From: Bacteroidales bacterium
Lineage (GTDB): Bacteria; Bacteroidota; Bacteroidia; Bacteroidales; UBA10428
NCBI GenBank assembly: GCA_016934055.1
Contig: JAFGTR010000087.1
Span: 17,780-81,779, forward strand
Direction: 5' to 3'
Length of the DNA stretch: 64,000 bases
Shown here: in pieces, positions 53,583-62,725 of the stretch
Numbering within the stretch: position 1 is the first letter of the stretch
Layout of the letters: each line of letters opens with the position of its first letter
Notes under the pieces: generated by a model
Told to the model about the DNA's origin: nothing
Databases searched by the model: none
Seen by the model: only the letters and a program-made list of their open reading frames with translations
Translations under genes and position numbers: made by a program

Positions 53583-53864
53583 ATGAATGAAAGGGTAATT
53601 CAAAAAAGATCACAGCGAAAATACCATGTACCGGTTATTGGTCATTTTGCTGACAAAAGCATTCGGTTTAATTCCATTGTTGATGCAGAACGTATCACCG
53701 GAGTTAATTATAACCTGATTTTTGAAGCCTGCATCGGTAAGATCAGCAGAGCAGGAAATGCTTTGTGGGAATTTGAAAAAGGTAATCATTACATTAAATA
53801 CAAAGCTTATTATCTGAGGGCTTTGGAAAAGGTCCGTGAGCTGGAAAACAAAAAAGCACATTAA
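53583..53864 (+). CDS. small putative DNA-binding protein (NUMOD1/IENR-like helix-turn-helix)
   Basis: FNSIVDAERITGVNYNLIFEACIGKISRAGNALWEF resembles the NUMOD1 pattern (S...eAa..tG.....I...c.gk....G..w.). 93 aa, isolated by AT-rich DNA. The call is tentative. Confidence 0.4.
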   Translation: MNERVIQKRSQRKYHVPVIGHFADKSIRFNSIVDAERITGVNYNLIFEACIGKISRAGNALWEFEKGNHYIKYKAYYLRALEKVRELENKKAH

Positions 53865-53895
53865 GAACTTTCAGAGACACTGAAAAATGAAAAAG

Positions 53896-53932
53896 CTGTC
53901 AGACACCTTTTGAGGTGTTTGGCAGTTTTTTT
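53896..53932 (+). terminator. intrinsic terminator
   Basis: CTGTCAGACACC / GGTGTTTGGCAG (12 bp including two G-U pairs), followed by seven T. Confidence 0.7.
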
Positions 53933-54094
53933 ATTGATTTATTTGCATTTCAGAATAGTGTCATCCTGAATGGTTTTCAAAAAATCAACGTGTTGTCTAT
54001 TAAATTCTTATAGATTCCGATCCCGAAAAATAAGGACGTAATGACAACAGAACATCCTTTAGGACAGCCTCATCCTGAAGAGTATCCGGATATT

Positions 54095-56080
54095 TTATTT
54101 CTCAGTTATTCCTTTCCAATTGTCAGTCCTGAACGGGGATGCCGGGAGGCCTTCCTTATTATACAGGTTGGCATCATCGGGATTGTCAGCCCAGGCATAT
54201 CTTACAGCTACAGGTTTATCTATTTTATCTGAGGTTACTATAACCCTGTTCCCTTCTATATAAGCTTTAGCCCATATAAATTGTTTATCAGCACCGGCAA
54301 TTGCAAAGCCTTTCAGGTAGCCATATTTATCTTTTGCCATCAATCCGCTTCCTGTGTGGTCAAATTCGACCTCTACCCTGTTGCCGTTAATAGTGTATGA
54401 TTTCATAACCGGCCCTGAAAAGACGATATCTTCATTATAGGCAATTTTCCTGGCTGCCAGGGCTAATCTGTAGCCAACATCCTGTTTGTTGCGTGGATGA
54501 ATATCATCAGCATCACCAATATCTATGGCAACAGCCATGCCTGTATGAGGTGTTGAAACAGTCATCAGCTGAGCCTCACGCAGCTCAGCCCATTCACTGT
54601 TTGCAGGCTGAGGCAAAGGCTGCATGAAATTGGCAAGCTGCACAAAAAGAAAGACAAGGTCGGGATTGTTCCATTTCTCCCGCCAATTATTGATCATCAG
54701 GGGATGCAATGTGCGGTAAAGATAAGCTTCACCTGCATTTGATTCACCCTGGTACCAGATGGCCCCTTTGACGTTGTATTGTAACAATGGGTGAATCATG
54801 CTGTTGTACAATATAGAAGGGTAGTCATTAGGTCCCGCAACTGCATCATAAAAGCTGTAGCCGACCGGACTGATCCTGAATTTCCAATCTCCGGCGAGGC
54901 TGACAACAGATTGATTACCTTTAATATACAACAGGCTGTCATCGCTCCAGAATCCACCGCCACCCCCTGTATCTTCCACTCTTACGGTTATGGTATTCTT
55001 CCCTGGTTTTAAAATCCCGGGAGGAATATGATAAGATCTTTCATGGCTGTATTTAGCAATTGTCTCTCCTGTTTTTATGCCGTTCACCCAGGTAATATCA
55101 CTGTCATCAATCTTTCCCAGCGAAAGAATCACAAGGGTGTTCACCAGTTCTTCCGGTATCATTACTTCACGGCGAAACCACACCACGCCATCCAGGCTGG
55201 GAAGCAATGAACCTTCCCATAAACCGGGAACTTTCATAACCGGCCAGCCAGAATCGTCATATGCTGTTTCTGCCCATAAGGCTTTTCCGTCAACAATTCC
55301 ATCAGAGGTGCCTGATATAAGACTTCTGATCCTGTCACTTTTTTCCTGCTGCTCTGCTTCCAGTTTTTTCAGGTCAACATTGCGCAGGATATCCACTTTG
55401 TTTCTAACCTCGGGGACTGTATAAAGAGCATCATCGCTGGCCCATGACTCAATAAGCGTACCACCCCAATCAGTGCTGATAAGTCCAATGGGGATATTAA
55501 GATTGCTGAAAAGGTTCATACCAAAAAAGTATCCCACGGCAGAGAAACTTCCCACCGTTGCCGGAGAACAAACCAACCATTCTCCTCCCGATATATCTTC
55601 CTGCGGTTCAAATGCAATACGATTAGGCACATCAAACAAACGGATTTCAGGAAAATCGGCCTTGCTGATCTCTTCCGCGCTGTTGTCAGAATTGGCTACA
55701 ATCCATTCCATGTTTGATTGTCCGGAACATATCCATACCTCACCTATCATTATATTCTCGAGTTGTATGATGTTATTTCCTTTTATTGTCATCTGGTAAG
55801 GTCCGCCCGCTTTCATTGAAGGAAATGTCATCTTCCATTTCCCTTCTTTATCAGCCTTTGAGGATAAAGTATTTCCGGCAAAAGATATCTCAACCTTTTC
55901 ACGTGGATCAGCCCACCCCCAGAGGACAACCGGTTTTTCCCGCTGTAATACCATATTGCTGCCCAGGATATGGGGGAGCTTTATATTGCACCTGACAGAC
56001 AGAAGACACGTGAAAATAAATACCATGATAAGAGTTATTCTCAATAATACACTGAAATGTTGACTTTTATTTGTTTTCAT
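54095..56080 (-). CDS. sialate O-acetylesterase-like carbohydrate esterase (SASA/DUF303 family)
   Basis: Signal peptide, SGNH-like GEVWICSGQSNMEW motif and WYQGESN. 661 aa. Confidence 0.8.
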   Translation of the reverse strand: MKTNKSQHFSVLLRITLIMVFIFTCLLSVRCNIKLPHILGSNMVLQREKPVVLWGWADPREKVEISFAGNTLSSKADKEGKWKMTFPSMKAGGPYQMTIKGNNIIQLENIMIGEVWICSGQSNMEWIVANSDNSAEEISKADFPEIRLFDVPNRIAFEPQEDISGGEWLVCSPATVGSFSAVGYFFGMNLFSNLNIPIGLISTDWGGTLIESWASDDALYTVPEVRNKVDILRNVDLKKLEAEQQEKSDRIRSLISGTSDGIVDGKALWAETAYDDSGWPVMKVPGLWEGSLLPSLDGVVWFRREVMIPEELVNTLVILSLGKIDDSDITWVNGIKTGETIAKYSHERSYHIPPGILKPGKNTITVRVEDTGGGGGFWSDDSLLYIKGNQSVVSLAGDWKFRISPVGYSFYDAVAGPNDYPSILYNSMIHPLLQYNVKGAIWYQGESNAGEAYLYRTLHPLMINNWREKWNNPDLVFLFVQLANFMQPLPQPANSEWAELREAQLMTVSTPHTGMAVAIDIGDADDIHPRNKQDVGYRLALAARKIAYNEDIVFSGPVMKSYTINGNRVEVEFDHTGSGLMAKDKYGYLKGFAIAGADKQFIWAKAYIEGNRVIVTSDKIDKPVAVRYAWADNPDDANLYNKEGLPASPFRTDNWKGITEK

Positions 56081-56191
56081 GATGATAGTTTTATTGGCTA
56101 AAAATAAGTAAATCCTGAGAGATACCGGATACTATTTTGAATAAATCCCCAAAATGAGTTAATTTGCAGATATAAAGAACAGAAAGCATTT

Positions 56192-56809
56192 ATGACTATC
56201 CACCTGACTGAAAATGATTTATTCCGTCAACTTAAAAAAGGGGATGTCTATGCCTTTGAGAAGCTCTTCAAAGCTTATTACAGGAACCTTTGCTTTTTTG
56301 CTGAAAGCTATGTAAAAGAAAAGGCCATGGCTGAAGAGATTGTGGGTAATTTCTTCACCAATATATGGGAAAAACGATATATCATTGAAATTAAAGGCCC
56401 TGTAAAGTCATATTTCTATACAAGTATCCATAACCAGTGTATTAAATATCTCGAGCATCTTAAGGTAATGAAAAGATACCGCGACTATGCTTCGGCCAGG
56501 TTGCGTAATATCGAAATGCTTGCTCCAGCTTCCAATCCTTATCCTCTGGCTAACCTTATTTCGCAGGAAATTGTGGATGATATTGAAAAATCGATCAACG
56601 AACTTCCTGAAAAATGCAGGGAAGTATTTTGTCTCAGCCGTTTTGAAGAGATGAGCTATGAAGATATATCAGCTAAACTGAATATTTCGGTTAACACGGT
56701 AAGAACACAAATGGCAAGGGCTTTGCAAAAGCTGAGAGATAACTTAAAAGACTATTTGCCGCTTTATATCTATATAATTTTAAATGCTTTTTTAAATTGT
56801 TATCAATAA
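56192..56809 (+). CDS. ECF sigma-70 factor (Bacteroides-expansion type)
   Basis: Region 2 (FEKLFKAYYRNLCFFAESYV) and region 4 (CREVFCLSRFEEMSYEDISAKLNISVNTVRTQMARALQKLR). Followed by FecR genes. Confidence 0.85.
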   Translation: MTIHLTENDLFRQLKKGDVYAFEKLFKAYYRNLCFFAESYVKEKAMAEEIVGNFFTNIWEKRYIIEIKGPVKSYFYTSIHNQCIKYLEHLKVMKRYRDYASARLRNIEMLAPASNPYPLANLISQEIVDDIEKSINELPEKCREVFCLSRFEEMSYEDISAKLNISVNTVRTQMARALQKLRDNLKDYLPLYIYIILNAFLNCYQ

Positions 56810-56824
56810 AAAACATTTAAGATC

Positions 56825-57973
56825 ATGCTGCAGGACAAGCCAACAGAAAATACAGAAATACCCGGTTTTCTGGCCGAATTCTTTGCACAACCGGAGAAAT
56901 TTCTTCAGGATGCAAAACTGCACAGCTGGCTGGATGAAGATCCCGGTCATCAGAGACTGTTTTGCGAATACTATGATATATGGCAGGGAAGCCTGAAAGC
57001 CAGGAATACTGATGATTATGATGAACATGAGGCCTGGTACAGGTTACGTAATTCCATGAAAATCGTTGATCTTGAAACCGGAAGAAAACCTCATTTTTTA
57101 ATCCACACACCGATATGGAAAAGTGCCATTGCTGCAGCCATTATCGCTATTATTCTGATTCTTTCAGGTTTATTTTCGTACAGGCTTTACCAGCATGTTA
57201 AAATGCCGCTTGTTTATAATGAATATCATGTCCCTTACGGATCAAAATCCGCTGTTATTTTGCCCGACGGTTCAAAGGTATGGCTTAATGCCGGCAGCAG
57301 GATCATTTATAACAACCGCTTCGGAATCAGGAACCGTGAATTGTTCCTTGAAGGAGAAGCTCACTTCACCGTGGCAAAAGCAAAACCCGTTTTCAGGATT
57401 AAGACAGCTGGACTGAGCGTTGAAGCTGTTGGCACCATTTTTAATCTTAAAGCTTATCCCGAGGAAAATGTTGTTGAAACTACAGTTGAAGAAGGAATCG
57501 TTTATATTTTCCAGGATGTTACAGGCAGATCATCTTCAGACAAAACGGTATTAAGGACCAATCAAAGAGCTACCTATATTCATACAACAGGATTAAATGG
57601 AACACTTCTGCCTCTTAATGATGATCCACAGCACGATCTTCCTGTCAATAAAACTGCAGCATCAGACAGGGTTATCAGGGTAAACATTATGGAAAATATC
57701 AAACCGGCTGTTTATTCATCCTGGAAAGATGAGCGATGGATCATCGAAAGGGAGGAATTAAGATATTTGGTTAAAAAGCTTGAAAGAAGATATAATGTTA
57801 ACTTCAGTTTCAGTGATGAATCCCTTAAAGACTATGTTTTCAGCGGAGTGCTGAAGGATGAAACACTGGAACAGGTACTTGACTATATCCGTCATACAGC
57901 CCCTATTGATTTTGAGATTCAACAGGATCAGGTCACATTATTTGAAGTCAATGCTTTGAAATCGAGAATTTAA
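56825..57973 (+). CDS. FecR-family anti-sigma factor / transmembrane sensor (copy 1)
   Basis: N-terminal anti-sigma region, one TM (AIAAAIIAIILILSGLF), FecR domain (VILPDGSKVWLNAGSRIIY...LEGEAHFTV) and C-terminal DUF4974-like region. Confidence 0.85.
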   Translation: MLQDKPTENTEIPGFLAEFFAQPEKFLQDAKLHSWLDEDPGHQRLFCEYYDIWQGSLKARNTDDYDEHEAWYRLRNSMKIVDLETGRKPHFLIHTPIWKSAIAAAIIAIILILSGLFSYRLYQHVKMPLVYNEYHVPYGSKSAVILPDGSKVWLNAGSRIIYNNRFGIRNRELFLEGEAHFTVAKAKPVFRIKTAGLSVEAVGTIFNLKAYPEENVVETTVEEGIVYIFQDVTGRSSSDKTVLRTNQRATYIHTTGLNGTLLPLNDDPQHDLPVNKTAASDRVIRVNIMENIKPAVYSSWKDERWIIEREELRYLVKKLERRYNVNFSFSDESLKDYVFSGVLKDETLEQVLDYIRHTAPIDFEIQQDQVTLFEVNALKSRI

Positions 57974-58123
57974 AAAATCCGGGGAAAAACCATACAATAT
58001 TTGTATTTCTTAATCCGTCCTGCTTCCGGGATTTTTCCACGCCTGATAATAATTTTTCTTCACCTTGTCACACTTTTTTGTGTTCATCGGGTCATTAAGT
58101 AAATCCAATAAAGCAAAAAAGCA

Positions 58124-59260
58124 TTGAAGCGTTCCCGTGAAAATATTGTTGATCTGGCAGTAAAATATTTCGACGCGACCATTACGGAGCCGGAATTATG
58201 TGCGTTAAAAACCGCCTTTGAACAGGATCCTGAAAACCGAAGGCTATTTGACGAATATATGGATATCTGGCAGGCATCATCAAAAACCGTTAAGAGTAAT
58301 GATTATGATGAAAAGGAGGCCTGGCATAATCTGAAAAACAGACTCAGAATAACTGAAAGTCCATTTCGCAGTCGTAATGTCATGCCCGGGCTCAGCTGGC
58401 TTTGGCAGGCAGCAGCTGCTGCTGTGATCTTTGTTTTTTTGGGCACAGGCGGATATCTTATTTATCATAACATAGTCAGGGAGCAGCCAAAATCTGTCAA
58501 TACTGAGTATTATGTTCCTTTTGGTTCACGGTCAAAGGTTATACTGCCGGACGGATCGTCCGTTTGGCTTAATGCCGGCAGCAAAATGACATTTGACCAG
58601 CATTTCAGCCGTAAAAACCGTGATGTCCTTTTGGAAGGAGAAGGCTACTTTGATGTCAGGAAAACAAAAATACCTTTCTATGTAAAGGTAACCGGCGCAA
58701 CTGTGAAAGTATTGGGAACAGCTTTTAATGTGAAGGCCTACCCTGATGAGAAAGTTATTGAGACGACAGTCACCAGGGGAACTGTGCAGGTATTTGATAA
58801 CCAGGAGAATGCTGATGACGCCACACGCATTGTTTTGCACGCAAATCAAAAGGTGTCGATTATCAAGAATATTATTGGTCAGACCAATGACAGCCATGTC
58901 ATTGCACAACAAAATCAGTCAGGGCAGCCTGCTGAAACCATAAATCAATCCCTTGTAAAATCATACCAGGTTGACCGAAATATCATACCCGAGATTTTTA
59001 CGTCATGGAAAGACCAGAGATGGATCATCGAAAGGGAGGAGCTTCAATCGCTTGTTATCAAGCTTGGAAGACGTTATAATGTTGAATTTACTTTTAAAGA
59101 TGAGGCTCTGAAACATTATGTTTTCAGCGGCGTACTTAAGGACGAAACCCTGGAACAGGTGATGGAAGCCATAAAACTCACCGCCCCCATTCAATACCAG
59201 ATCGATCAGAAACAGGTAACCCTGTCAAAGAATAAATTCTATAAAACAAACCAGCCTTAA
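58124..59260 (+). CDS. FecR-family anti-sigma factor / transmembrane sensor (copy 2, tandem paralog)
   Basis: TTG start. Same architecture: VILPDGSSVWLNAGSKMTF...LEGEGYFDV. The C-terminal ~80 aa are highly similar to copy 1 (SWKDQRWIIEREEL...YVFSGVLKDETLEQV). Confidence 0.85.
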   Translation: MKRSRENIVDLAVKYFDATITEPELCALKTAFEQDPENRRLFDEYMDIWQASSKTVKSNDYDEKEAWHNLKNRLRITESPFRSRNVMPGLSWLWQAAAAAVIFVFLGTGGYLIYHNIVREQPKSVNTEYYVPFGSRSKVILPDGSSVWLNAGSKMTFDQHFSRKNRDVLLEGEGYFDVRKTKIPFYVKVTGATVKVLGTAFNVKAYPDEKVIETTVTRGTVQVFDNQENADDATRIVLHANQKVSIIKNIIGQTNDSHVIAQQNQSGQPAETINQSLVKSYQVDRNIIPEIFTSWKDQRWIIEREELQSLVIKLGRRYNVEFTFKDEALKHYVFSGVLKDETLEQVMEAIKLTAPIQYQIDQKQVTLSKNKFYKTNQP

Positions 59261-59374
59261 AAACTATGCCTATGGGAAAGGGATCCTGAAAACAAAAAAC
59301 TGCAGAATGCAGCGAACATTCCGCAGTTTAAAACTAAAAAAACCTAAGTAAACATTTAAAAACACTACAAATTT

Positions 59375-62300
59375 ATGAAAAAAGGTATTACCCTGAGTCT
59401 TTTTTCAGACAAAGAGACATTAACTAAACTCTTAAAGACCATGAAACTAATCGTATTTCTGATGTTTTTCGGAGTTTTTCAGTTGCAGGCAACACTCTAT
59501 TCGCAGGATGGATTATTCTCTCTTAACATGGAAAATACATCGATGCGGAGCATTTTCAAAGAGATTGAAAAACAAAGCGACTTAAGGTTTTTCTACAATG
59601 ATTTGCTGACCAATGTCGATAAACGTGTTACAGTAAACGCGAAAGACCTTAAGATCAATCAATTGCTCGACAAGCTCCTGGAAGGTTCAGATCTGACTTA
59701 TAAGATCATGGAGAACAACCTGGTGCTTATTTCTCCCAAAGCCTTATTGCAGCAAAAGAAAGTGACCGGCAAGGTGGTAGCTGAATCAACAGGTGAAGCA
59801 TTGCCGGGAGTGAATGTCATCATAAAAGGCACTGATATCGGAACAGTTACCGATTACGATGGCAATTATTCCATTATCACCACTACAGATGATGCTGTCC
59901 TGATATTCTCTTTCATTGGTTATGAAACTCAGGAAGTCGTTGTGGCGAACCAGAATGTAATTAATATTGCCCTGACAGAAAGCATTGAAGCCCTGGATGA
60001 GATCGTAGTAATCGGTTATGGCACACAGCGTAAGGCTGATGTTACCAGCGCCATCGTCAGTGTAAAAAGCGATGATTTTGTGGCCGGAAACATCCAGGAT
60101 GCCGCAGAACTTGTTAAGGGTAAAGTTGCCGGATTAACTGTAACCAAAGGATCCGGTGACCCTAATGCGGAATCCACCATCCGTTTGCGTGGTATCACCA
60201 GTATGATGGCTGATATCACTCCTTTGGTACTTATCGATGGAATGGAAGGTTCGTTGAGCATGGTTGCACCCGAGAACATTGCTTCCATCGATGTGCTGAA
60301 GGATGCATCCGCTGCTGCCATATACGGCACCCGCGGTGCAAACGGAGTAATCCTGATCACCACCAACACAGGCAAGCGGATGGAACAGACCAATGTTAAC
60401 TATTCGGCCTACGGAACCCTTTCTGATTTCTATAAAGTAGCCGATTTCATGGGGCCCAGGGATGTCCGTTTTGGTAAGACCACTTTCAGTGATAAGGGCT
60501 GGGATACCGACTGGCTGTCAGCGGTTTCGCAGATGGGTTATACACAAAACCACAGCCTGAGTATTACCGGTGGTACGCAGAAAACAAGCTATTCAGCCAA
60601 TGTTGCCTATCGTCAGGAAGAAGGCACAATCAAAAAATCCAACAGTGATGATTTGAAAATGCAGTTCGATCTGAGCCATTGGTTTCTGGATGATAAAGTA
60701 AAACTGAATTTTAATCTCATTAAGGGCATCCACAAAAATGATATAACCAATGCCAGTGATGCCGGTGTTGAAAACATATACCGCCAGGCCGTTATCCGTA
60801 ATCCGACTGAACCCATCTATATCAATGGCGATAAAGACCTTGGTTATTATGAAGACTGGACCGTATTTCAGTATTACAACCCTGTTGCCATGATTTATGA
60901 ACAACTGGGTGAATACAAAAACGAGTGGACCCGTATGACAGGTAATGTTACTGTTGAACCTCTCAAAGGATGGCAGACCAACCTGAAATTGTCAACCAAC
61001 AGATCTGACGAAAATACAGAGTCTTATACAACCAGGGATTATTATACATATCAGACTTCAGGCTATGAGGGCTATGCATATCTTAGCGGAATCTTCAGAG
61101 AAACCAACCAACTGGAATTAACCTCGCGTTATGACAAAATATTCAGGTCTGTTCATCGCTTCTCAGCATTGGTTGGATACAGCTATCAATACTACAGAGG
61201 AAAATTCAAAGCCGAAGGCAATTATGACTTTCCGACTGATGCATACCTTCATTACAATATATCTGCCGGGTCAGCTCTGAGAAATAAAGAAGATCCTGAC
61301 GCATATATGGCCAGTGATGCAGATGACAACAAACTGATCGGTTTCTTCGGCAGGATCAGCTATGGCTATAAAGATAAATACAATATCCTGGCCAGTGTCC
61401 GTCACGAAGGCTCATCCAAGTTTGGAGCCAACCATAAATGGGGTACTTTCCCGGCCGTTTCAGCCGGCTGGACCATCAGCAACGAAGATTTCCTGGATAA
61501 CTTTACCTGGATAACCAACCTGAAACTGCGTATCGGATATGGTGTAACGGGTATCATTGCCGGATCTTCATATGAATCCCTGGTGCGTTTCAATTATAAC
61601 TCATCTTCATGGGGTTATTTCCTGAACAGTCAGGGTATATGGGCACCAAGCCTGGAAGCTGTCTCAAATCCCAATCCTGATCTGAAATGGGAAAAATCAG
61701 GGGAGTTTAATGTCGGTCTTGATTTTGGATTCCTTCAGGACCGGTTAACCGGTTCAATTGATTACTATAATAAGGTTTCAAGTGACCTGCTTTATAATTA
61801 CAATGTTCCATCTCCTCCTAATCTTTTTACCACAACATATGCCAATGCCGGTAAAATGCAAAACCGTGGTATTGAAGTCATGGTGAAAGCAATCCCGGTA
61901 AAAACCGCTAATCTCCAATATATTACTGCCATAACGGTTTATCACAATACAAACAAGGTGGTCAGTCTTTCCAATGACCTGTATGAAACAGATAATTACC
62001 AGGATAATGGTTGGGCAGGCGACCCCGTATCTTTGCCAACGCAAAGATTGGAAGTCGGATCACACTTTGGCAGGTATTACACATTGATAACAAAAGGCCT
62101 TTCAGAAAACGGGCTGTGGATGGTACAGAATCCTGAAACCGGGCTTTATGAAGAATTTACCGCAGCCATGACCACGGCTGAAAGTTCATACCGTCAATGG
62201 ACCGGGACATCTGCTATTCCCAAGCTATACCTTAACTGGGATAACTCAGTTCGCTGGAAGAATTTTGACCTGAAAGTTCAGCTGAGTTCTCAGCTTGGAT

Positions 62301-62716
62301 TTCAGATTGTTAATGAACAGCGGATGTTCTATGAAAACAATTCAATCTCATACAACAGGCTTACATCAGCTGCTGATCCGATACCCGTTGTTGACCAAAA
62401 TGGTAATTCCACAGGGGCATCGCGCCTTATGTCAACGGCTCAATCGCAGACCATCGTAAGCTGGTATTATGAGGATGGTGATTTTGTGAAGATCGATTAT
62501 GTCACCCTGGGTTACACTTTTAACACATCAAAACTGAAGCTTGTTAATAATTTCCGTGTATACCTGTCGGGTGAAAACCTGCTGTGCATAACCAAGTACA
62601 AAGGTCTGGACCCGGAACTGAGCAACGACAATATTTATTACCTCGGAATTGACGGAAGGGATAAATATCCTACCATTCGTTCATTTTCTATCGGCGCCAG
62701 TATTAACTTTAAATAG
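59375..62716 (+). CDS. SusC/RagA-family TonB-linked transporter with N-terminal STN signalling domain
   Basis: STN-like segment (FSLNMENTSMRSIFKEIEKQSDLRFFY...NNLVLISPK), CarboxypepD_reg-like domain (VTGKVVAESTGEALPGVNVIIKGTDIGTVTDYDGNYSI), plug (IDVLKDASAAAIYGTRGANGVILITT) and terminal F. Confidence 0.9.
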   Translation: MKKGITLSLFSDKETLTKLLKTMKLIVFLMFFGVFQLQATLYSQDGLFSLNMENTSMRSIFKEIEKQSDLRFFYNDLLTNVDKRVTVNAKDLKINQLLDKLLEGSDLTYKIMENNLVLISPKALLQQKKVTGKVVAESTGEALPGVNVIIKGTDIGTVTDYDGNYSIITTTDDAVLIFSFIGYETQEVVVANQNVINIALTESIEALDEIVVIGYGTQRKADVTSAIVSVKSDDFVAGNIQDAAELVKGKVAGLTVTKGSGDPNAESTIRLRGITSMMADITPLVLIDGMEGSLSMVAPENIASIDVLKDASAAAIYGTRGANGVILITTNTGKRMEQTNVNYSAYGTLSDFYKVADFMGPRDVRFGKTTFSDKGWDTDWLSAVSQMGYTQNHSLSITGGTQKTSYSANVAYRQEEGTIKKSNSDDLKMQFDLSHWFLDDKVKLNFNLIKGIHKNDITNASDAGVENIYRQAVIRNPTEPIYINGDKDLGYYEDWTVFQYYNPVAMIYEQLGEYKNEWTRMTGNVTVEPLKGWQTNLKLSTNRSDENTESYTTRDYYTYQTSGYEGYAYLSGIFRETNQLELTSRYDKIFRSVHRFSALVGYSYQYYRGKFKAEGNYDFPTDAYLHYNISAGSALRNKEDPDAYMASDADDNKLIGFFGRISYGYKDKYNILASVRHEGSSKFGANHKWGTFPAVSAGWTISNEDFLDNFTWITNLKLRIGYGVTGIIAGSSYESLVRFNYNSSSWGYFLNSQGIWAPSLEAVSNPNPDLKWEKSGEFNVGLDFGFLQDRLTGSIDYYNKVSSDLLYNYNVPSPPNLFTTTYANAGKMQNRGIEVMVKAIPVKTANLQYITAITVYHNTNKVVSLSNDLYETDNYQDNGWAGDPVSLPTQRLEVGSHFGRYYTLITKGLSENGLWMVQNPETGLYEEFTAAMTTAESSYRQWTGTSAIPKLYLNWDNSVRWKNFDLKVQLSSQLGFQIVNEQRMFYENNSISYNRLTSAADPIPVVDQNGNSTGASRLMSTAQSQTIVSWYYEDGDFVKIDYVTLGYTFNTSKLKLVNNFRVYLSGENLLCITKYKGLDPELSNDNIYYLGIDGRDKYPTIRSFSIGASINFK

Positions 62717-62725
62717 GAAATCATC

